Shown here one piece after another: positions 56,871 to 64,000 of a stretch of 64,000 nucleotides of DNA (positions are counted from its first letter, which is position 1; every line of letters begins with the position of its first letter). Origin of the DNA: Chrysomallon squamiferum (taxonomy: Eukaryota > Animalia > Mollusca); contig CM022673.1 in the NCBI GenBank assembly GCA_012295275.1, forward strand, positions 17,794,001 through 17,858,000, written 5' to 3'. The notes below the pieces were generated by a model, which saw nothing but the letters and a program-made list of their open reading frames with translations, did not search any database and was not told where the DNA came from. Position numbers and translations under genes: made by a program.

Positions 56871-59800
56871 TTGCTAACGGCAGCCATAACTGAAGAGGAA
56901 AATTTGCACTACGAGACAGTGGTCTGGTGCAGGTTAGAAGTCACAGTTCAGCATTAACAGTAATTCAGAAACTTGTCTCTTGGGAGAACCTATTTATAAA
57001 CATCACTGTTTGTAAATCTATTTATAAATGTTGTCAGTGTAAAACCCACATCAATCTATGTTACAACAGTTGGCAGTGAAGAAAAAATCAAACTGTATTA
57101 GCTCAAACGACCTGAGATATTGAGCTGAATGCATTTCAGTGTGCACAACTCAATGGAAAGGGCAATTGGACACTTGACCTGTGTATTGATGTATCAACTG
57201 TTTATTGATGTTTTACTACATGACCCTCCTAACCCATACAGCCATCAATACATTGACACAGATACAAAAACAGTTCTGTGTATGTCATCACACATTCAGT
57301 ATTGCAGAGCACTGCATACAAAATGAATATGAGAGAATTTAATTAGTGATGAATTTTCTGTAAACACAAGGACCAACATCCACAAATAATAAATAAATGT
57401 GTGTGTGTGTGTGTGAACTTCAAGTAAGTCCTTTTATAAATTTATATATTTTATGTTGTTTTTAATTATTATTATTATTATTATTATTCTCTCATTTAAA
57501 ACTACAATTAGGAAATGGCATAAAATTGTGAGCACATTCGGTTAAAACAGCCATAAAACAATGAAAGTGAATGTTATCTCTTGAAAGTATAATGACGGCA
57601 GCAAAATGAAGACAGCAGTTTAATATTTAAACAATTACAGGGCTTAATTAAAACAATGTTATGTTCACAATATTTAATTAAAATAGTGTAACCAGAACTT
57701 ACAAAATGTTATCAATGTAAACACTGTACCACAGTGTTTTAATTTTATTTACTTAGTGTAAATGTTTTGGGGAGTTTTCCCCTGTTTAGCTGGCTAACTG
57801 GAAACTGGTAAATTATGCATAGAACAGAACAAATAGGGGAATAAAAACAATTAAAATAATAATATTCAAACAGAAAATTAAAAAATAACTGTATAAAAAC
57901 AAGAAATAATAAATGTGAACATTTTTATTGTTCATTAAATGATCTAGCATGTAAATAATCTAACATTATTTTTTTTTATTATATATATATATATATATAT
58001 ATATCTGATAAAACATGGCCTTTTTTAAATACCTATTTTCTTTTTTTTTTCCCTTTTTTAAATTTTATCATTCCTTTCATGTACATTCTGTACTGACCAG
58101 GTATTATATGCTACCAACTGCTGTTAAAACAGATACCTGCCAGCTTTTAAAACTCAGGTACAAAGCCATCTGTTCAGCTCACCTGTTCAGTGTGTGCCAC
58201 ACTCGCCAGGTAGGTCAGTTCTTTGTCTCTCTATCACAGTCATATGCCACACCTCTCTGTGTCATATCTCATGTGTCACATAACAGACAAAAGCCTCGTC
58301 TAATTGGATTCTTATTCTTCTAATAACAACAACAAACTGCACTAGAAATGTATGAGACTCGTTATATCCAGATTTACCTGTATTGTTAACATGTAAATAA
58401 AAATTACCAGAAAGGTGTAAATCGGAACACATGCTCCTACAGAGACTGGGGACCTCATGTTATGAACTGAAAGTTGTGTTAATAGAAACATCAAAGCATT
58501 TCACAGACACCTGCTTCCATGTGCTTCATGTTTTTCTCTTAATAAAATAAATAATATTAGGTTAACATAACAACTATGTTCAAATTGTTCAGTTAATAGA
58601 AAATATTTAATTGAAAAAACATTAGAGAACTTAAATGGGTTTTTTTTGCGAATTTTAACCAAAATTAAAACAAATTAATTACATAAACAACACATATGAC
58701 TTTGGACAAATATTATAATAAAAAGGAAACAATCTTTGTAAACATCAAACTAAAAGAAATATAATCTTTGTAAACAACAAACTAAAAGATGCATGAACAC
58801 ATACATGTACACTCACACATTTAACTAATACTCACAGTATTAACAACCAAAATAAACACATAAATCATCTGTTTGTTTTAACTGTGGGATTCTAGTAGAT
58901 TTTTTTTTTAAATAAAATTTAAACAGTAAATATTAAATAGATTTTTTTCAGAGAAGATAATATGAAACTATCAACGCAGAAGAAAATGGCATAAACATAT
59001 TTCTATTAATGTGAACACACATACATACTACAAAGTTTACAAAAATTTGAAATGCATACCCAAACACACATTACATATTTTGCAAATGTTTAAATACATC
59101 TTCATAAACAAACCCAAATGTTGAGATAAACATCCACAAAGACACAGATAGACATACACACATACAGACACACACACACACACATCAAAACTGTCTGAGA
59201 GAACAACAGAAGATAACAACAACAGACTAACAAAAAGTGATTCTCTGAGTGAAAGGCGCGGCTGATTGAGAATATTCAAGAACTGACGGTTAACAGAGAA
59301 TTATTACAAAGCATCCAACTGTGACAAGGAACCATGTCATGCTAGTCGGTCACAAAGAGAGAATTCTGGCTTCAGCCTGCAACAAACCGTGTTGCTAGGC
59401 AATACGATTACACGACCATGCCCAGAAAGGAAATTGAGATTTTCAACTCGACTTGTTTCGCATGGCCAGAGCAGTGAAGAGACGGCATGGATGTAGAACA
59501 TACATCAGCGACAGCAACAGCATTATTAAAACATTGTTCACTATCTTTTGTGTTTCATTTTGTATGAAGTCTCCAGAAATAGAAATACTTTTTTACCAAA
59601 CAAAAAAAAAAAAAAAAATGTGAAAGGAAACAAGAAGTGAAAATAACAGAATTTTGATGGTATGTTAACTGCTACATGTAAATTAGATTAAAAAAAAAAA
59701 AAAAAATTATTCTTGTTTGATGAGGAGGAGGAGCCATACAATTATTAATAGTAAATATAACAGTTTTTAAACTGTCAACAGTTTATTAGGTATAACATGC

Positions 59801-60189
59801 CGTCTGTGTTAAACATTCGTGTTTACATCTCAGTCCTTTCTGCCTTGTTCATACAAAGTAAATAAATAATTAAATTCATGCAGTACTTGATATTCATTTT
59901 CTTGAAATATAAAGATAAAAAAAATAATAATAATAAAAAACGAAAATAACCATAACAATACTGAGATATGAAGCAACATGTTTTGCAGACACTGTGGAAT
60001 GACATTTAGCTCAAAGCATTTATATCAGTATATTTTATTAATAGCAAGTGTTCATGTTAAACAGAAATTTCTCAGGAAGTTAAAGAAAATGCAAATAGAT
60101 AAATTACTGTGCTTTTCAAGAAAAAAATATAATGTATATCTGTTATTACTCTAATGATGTTAATACATTTTATGTGACTTAACATTATA

Positions 60190-60560
60190 TGAACATTACA
60201 ACACGTATAAATTAACAACATTACCACACACATACATCAACATTACCAAATATGTTACCAACATTACCATACACATATCAGAATTACTTCACATACAATT
60301 AATTAAAACAACATTACCATACACATAAATCATCAACATTACCGAACACATACATTATTAACATACCAAACACATACATTATCAACATACCAAACACATA
60401 CATTATCAACATACATTAGTTTTCAATTTTCCAACACATCCACACCCATTATCAACATTATTAAAATTACCATACGTACACTATCAATAATAAAACACAG
60501 ATAAATTACCAACATTCCCATACCCATAAATTACCAATGTGCTTGCCCACATACAGTAAA
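60190..60560 (+). repeat. Degenerate AACATTACC/ACACATACATTATC tandem repeat
   Basis: Recurring aacattacca and aacacatacattatcaacatacc units. Confidence 0.75.
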
Positions 60561-63166
60561 TATTAATTATAAATACCAATTCACTGTCTAAGACTTTCAA
60601 TGGATTTTTATATTTAACAGTAATGATAAGATATTTAATTTACCTGCATCCACTTTCAAACATGTTTGTCTATGTAGGTATTTTACAGTGTTCATTTGTA
60701 TACAAAACAAGTTTATTTTTATACTGTGAAATGTGTATACTTGTATGTTACTTTGACGGTTTAAAACAAACTATGTACTGCACATGCTAAATGCCTGTCT
60801 ACATTTTTATAGATACTTAACACACACACACACACACATCAAATGTTATATAAACAATATCCAATATACTTTTCATATATCAGTAAATAATTCTGCAACC
60901 AGAAGGGTTGTATTTATTTAGTTTTTTTAATAGTTTTAAATATTAAAACAAAAGACTATAAATAAAACTTACTGTAATTAAATTCAAATAATTTTTTGAA
61001 ATAACCAGCACAGATATATTAATTCCACCCCCTATCAAAATGTGGACAGATCAGTTGTGAATATTTTGCCATGGATTTTTAAAGTCATCTGACATTTAAT
61101 AACAATTTAATGTTTAAGACACTGATATTTTTATTATAATGATGTTTTACGTTCATTTGTTTTAATAGTTATATTTATTTGGTATTAACAGCTGTTAAAT
61201 AACAGACAGTATGTCACAACAAGACAGGCTTTGAATCCTTTACATCACAAGAAGAGCTTCTACACCCGACATGAAAAACCACAACACGAAAACAATGAAC
61301 CAGAGACTTAAGAACAGCTGGTCAGATTATCTGGTGACCATTAGAAAACCTAGTAGCCATTTGGACAAGATGGACAATGAAGCAAGTTTTAACACAGAAT
61401 CAGCAGAGCACGGTTCTTGTGCAGAATTTCCTCTTTGTTTGACGAATTAATTTTCTCCTGTACGACGAACACCAAAGGGGTTTCATATAATTGCAGTATG
61501 CAAAGAAATAAATCCATGTAATATTAATGTAGGAAGACTTCAGACAAAGAGCACACCTTTGAGGCCATGGAATATTCACCATAGCATCGTTAGCTTGTCT
61601 CTTCCTTAGAGCTGCTAATTCAACTCATTTAAACTGGAGTTAGGACAAAAATGAAATAACAGAAAATGGGTGAATGGGGGTAAAAAAATGAATGAAGAGA
61701 AAAGCTTTATACACACAACAATGGTTGAAGGGGTTTATTTTGTGAACAAGGCAAAGTGATTAATTATTAAATTAAAATCTCCTAAGAAGAAGGGTTTAAA
61801 ATTTTCAAAATAAGGCAAAACCATGTGTTTGGTTTTTTCCCATGAACAAAAACACAAACAAAACAAAAGCAGATTTCTGAAAAAAGTATCCATATAAAAA
61901 ATAAAAATAAATAAATTAATTAAATACCTTGTACAACAGGTGGTAAAAAACTTTTAATGAGGAAAACAGATTGCGGTTTTTATTTAATAATTCTTACTTT
62001 TTTAAATTCTTTATTTCTACAAAGATACTTATAGAAATTTAAAAAAAAGTAATTAAAATAAAAACATTAAACAGGACTTTTTAAAAAAGATAAATTTACT
62101 TTTTTCATATCATGTTTAATACTGCTGCTGTAAATAAGCTTCTGTTTTTGTTATCTTTTGAAATGTTCAGTCTAATGACATTTACATTTTCTTTCAGTTT
62201 TAACCTATTATATACAAATAATAATAATAATAAATAATAATAATAATAACAATAACAATAATAACAATAATAATAAATAAAATGTGTGTGTATATGTATT
62301 TAAATTAAAAATTTTTAATTTTAAAATGGGCTTTTAACTAACACCAAAATTTATATCATTAATTTTGCTATTTATGTAAAAAAAAAAAATAATAATAATA
62401 ATAATAATAATAAAAATTAAGGTAAAAGAAAAAAAATTACTATTAGTGTAACAAGAATCCTGTCTACTGTTATTTTTACTGTTTTTAGAAATTTTTGGAA
62501 ACCAAACCAAATAAAAAATATATATGGAAGTTCTCTAAGTACATTCACTATTGTTAATACTCAGTAACAAAAAAAAAGAAAAAAGAAAAAAACTGTAATA
62601 AAATTTATAAGTATTTAATTGTTTTGTTCCTCCCACTTAACAGGACTGATATTCCATACAACACACAGGCTGCCTGTTGGAGAATGTTACAATCAATGTG
62701 TAAGATTATGCAACATGTGTCAATTGTGAATAACCAGTATCCCATTTAGCACAATAAAAGCCACTATCTGAATGATTCCAATAATTTGACATGGGATCGA
62801 TTGCTGGCTGGCATCCTTTCAGTCAATGTATTGAACAAACCAGGTCAAAACACCCAGCACGTGGCTGGCAAACAGAGTTTTCACCGTTTACTGTCATTTC
62901 ACAGAATAAATCAAGTCATTTCTTGTTACGTGTGATATGATGATGATATCATTGTAAAATAAAAAAATAAAAAATGATTCAAGTAATAAAAAAAGAAACA
63001 ATAAATGAAGAGATTCAGTTTTCTTTGTTCTAACCAAACCATCACTATTGAGTAAATTTTAAGTTTACATACAGTGAACATACAAACAGTGATAATGAAT
63101 TTGAGAGAAGTAAATGTTAAAGCATGGAAGTTTTAAAATAAATAAATATTTATGTAAAGTATTTAC

Positions 63167-64000
63167 CTGCTAATCGCAAAGCTGACATTCTCTGAAACTC
63201 TGGTTCCTGTAACCATTTCCACATACGACGGAATGTCTCGCGGCCTGACTTGAGTTTGCTCCAAGGTTTGGGATTGCGGAGCAAGTCACTTAAAGTCCCC
63301 TGGCTGCGACACAGCACCCGCTGAGCGAAAACTGCCTGTGGGATGCTGTATCTTTTAAGTTCGCTGCTTATTCTTTGTGCCAGTTCCTTTGTGTTTATTT
63401 CTTCCACTTCTTGCTGCTTGTTTGGGGATTCACTGCCAGGTGCTCTGTGGTCCATTCGCTGCGGACTTTCGACACTCTGCGGGGATGGGGTGGGGGCAGC
63501 CGACGGATGCAGTCCGTTCATCGGCGAGTGCATCATGGGATTCGGGGAATGTAATCTTGTGACGGAAGGATCTATCCTGACTGGAGCTGCCGAGTATGAT
63601 TCGAAAGCGTTGGGTGACATGTGCATCTTCGGCTCTTGTTTGGGCGAGCCAAGGCCGTTCTGTCCATACCCGTATCCTAAACCCTGTTGGTAGTTATTTG
63701 TACTCATCATTGTCATTGGGGTAGCTCCTAGGGTGGGTCCCACGCTCATGCTCAACTTGTCATATCTATTGTAGGCACTCATATCCATCACGTTCCCTAG
63801 TCCATTATTTTGAGGCATCAATGTAAAACCACCACCGACGTTGCTGGCGACGGGGACGTGGCAGAACTTGTCCGACACCGTAGATATGGGAGGCAGCGGC
63901 TGCAATGGCGTCAGTGTGGCATAGTTAGTTGGACTGTAGTTAGGCGACATGCGGCCGTTTAGTGTGTGGTACGTTACGTCTCCCATTTGGGATCGGAATT
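63167..64000 (-). CDS. Onecut: Onecut/HNF6 CUT-homeobox transcription factor, large upstream coding exon (STP box + CUT domain), likely 5'-partial
   Basis: Translation contains the Onecut STP box YATLTPLQPLPPISTVSDKF, the conserved NVGGGFTLM and MSPNAFE patches, and a CUT domain EEINTKELAQRISSELKRYSIPQAVFAQRVLCRSQGTLSDLLRNPKPWSKLKSGRETFRRMWKWLQEPEFQRMSALRLA that is near-identical to vertebrate ONECUT1/2 as I recall them. It ends at a phase-1 donor GCAG|GTAAAT (intron starts 63166). The frame stays open upstream of ATG 63986 to the window edge (F-R-S-Q-M), so the true start may lie outside the window. Confidence 0.97.

Larger units (their letters stand above)
24379..63166 (-). other. Onecut: Onecut intron between CUT and homeodomain exons (38,788 bp, GT-AG, phase 1)
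   Basis: Canonical GT and AG ends, and the splice restores the frame at the position used by vertebrate ONECUT genes (LA|xCKRKE). Confidence 0.92.

Noticed and set aside
63150-63166. C-terminal GKYFT* of ORF 63150..63986
   Set aside because: Read-through past the GT donor into the intron. Homology continues in the exon at 24378.
63343-63693. Plus-strand ORFs overlapping Onecut exons (also 63377..63562 and 24146..24382)
   Set aside because: Antisense shadows of GC-rich coding exons with no recognisable protein features.

Overview
AT-rich, microsatellite-dense eukaryotic genomic DNA. It is probably an invertebrate bilaterian; the SINE remnants look mollusc-like, which is an inference. There is no prokaryotic content, CRISPR array, rRNA or intact tRNA. 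The only protein-coding gene I can support is a minus-strand Onecut/HNF6-class CUT-homeobox gene. A large exon carrying the STP box and CUT domain (63167 to >64000, probably 5'-truncated by the window edge) splices in phase 1 across a ~38.8 kb intron (24379-63166) to a homeodomain exon (24092-24378). Inside the intron is a GC-rich, frame-preserving cassette exon (27622-27684, or 27595-27684 with a second donor) that would insert 21 or 30 aa into the CUT-homeodomain linker, analogous to mammalian HNF-6beta. The intron also has two sense-strand CAG|GTAAGT junctions resembling recursive splice sites. By eye, CpG is common from 1 to ~17 kb and depleted over the Onecut gene body, apart from short CpG-retaining patches with CTCF-, RFX- and YY1-like motifs. 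A 31-bp CCAAT-box tandem array lies at this compositional boundary. Nearly all other ORFs in the track are translations of simple repeats. I see no clear evidence of a wholly new biological system; the best leads concern splicing and regulation of Onecut.
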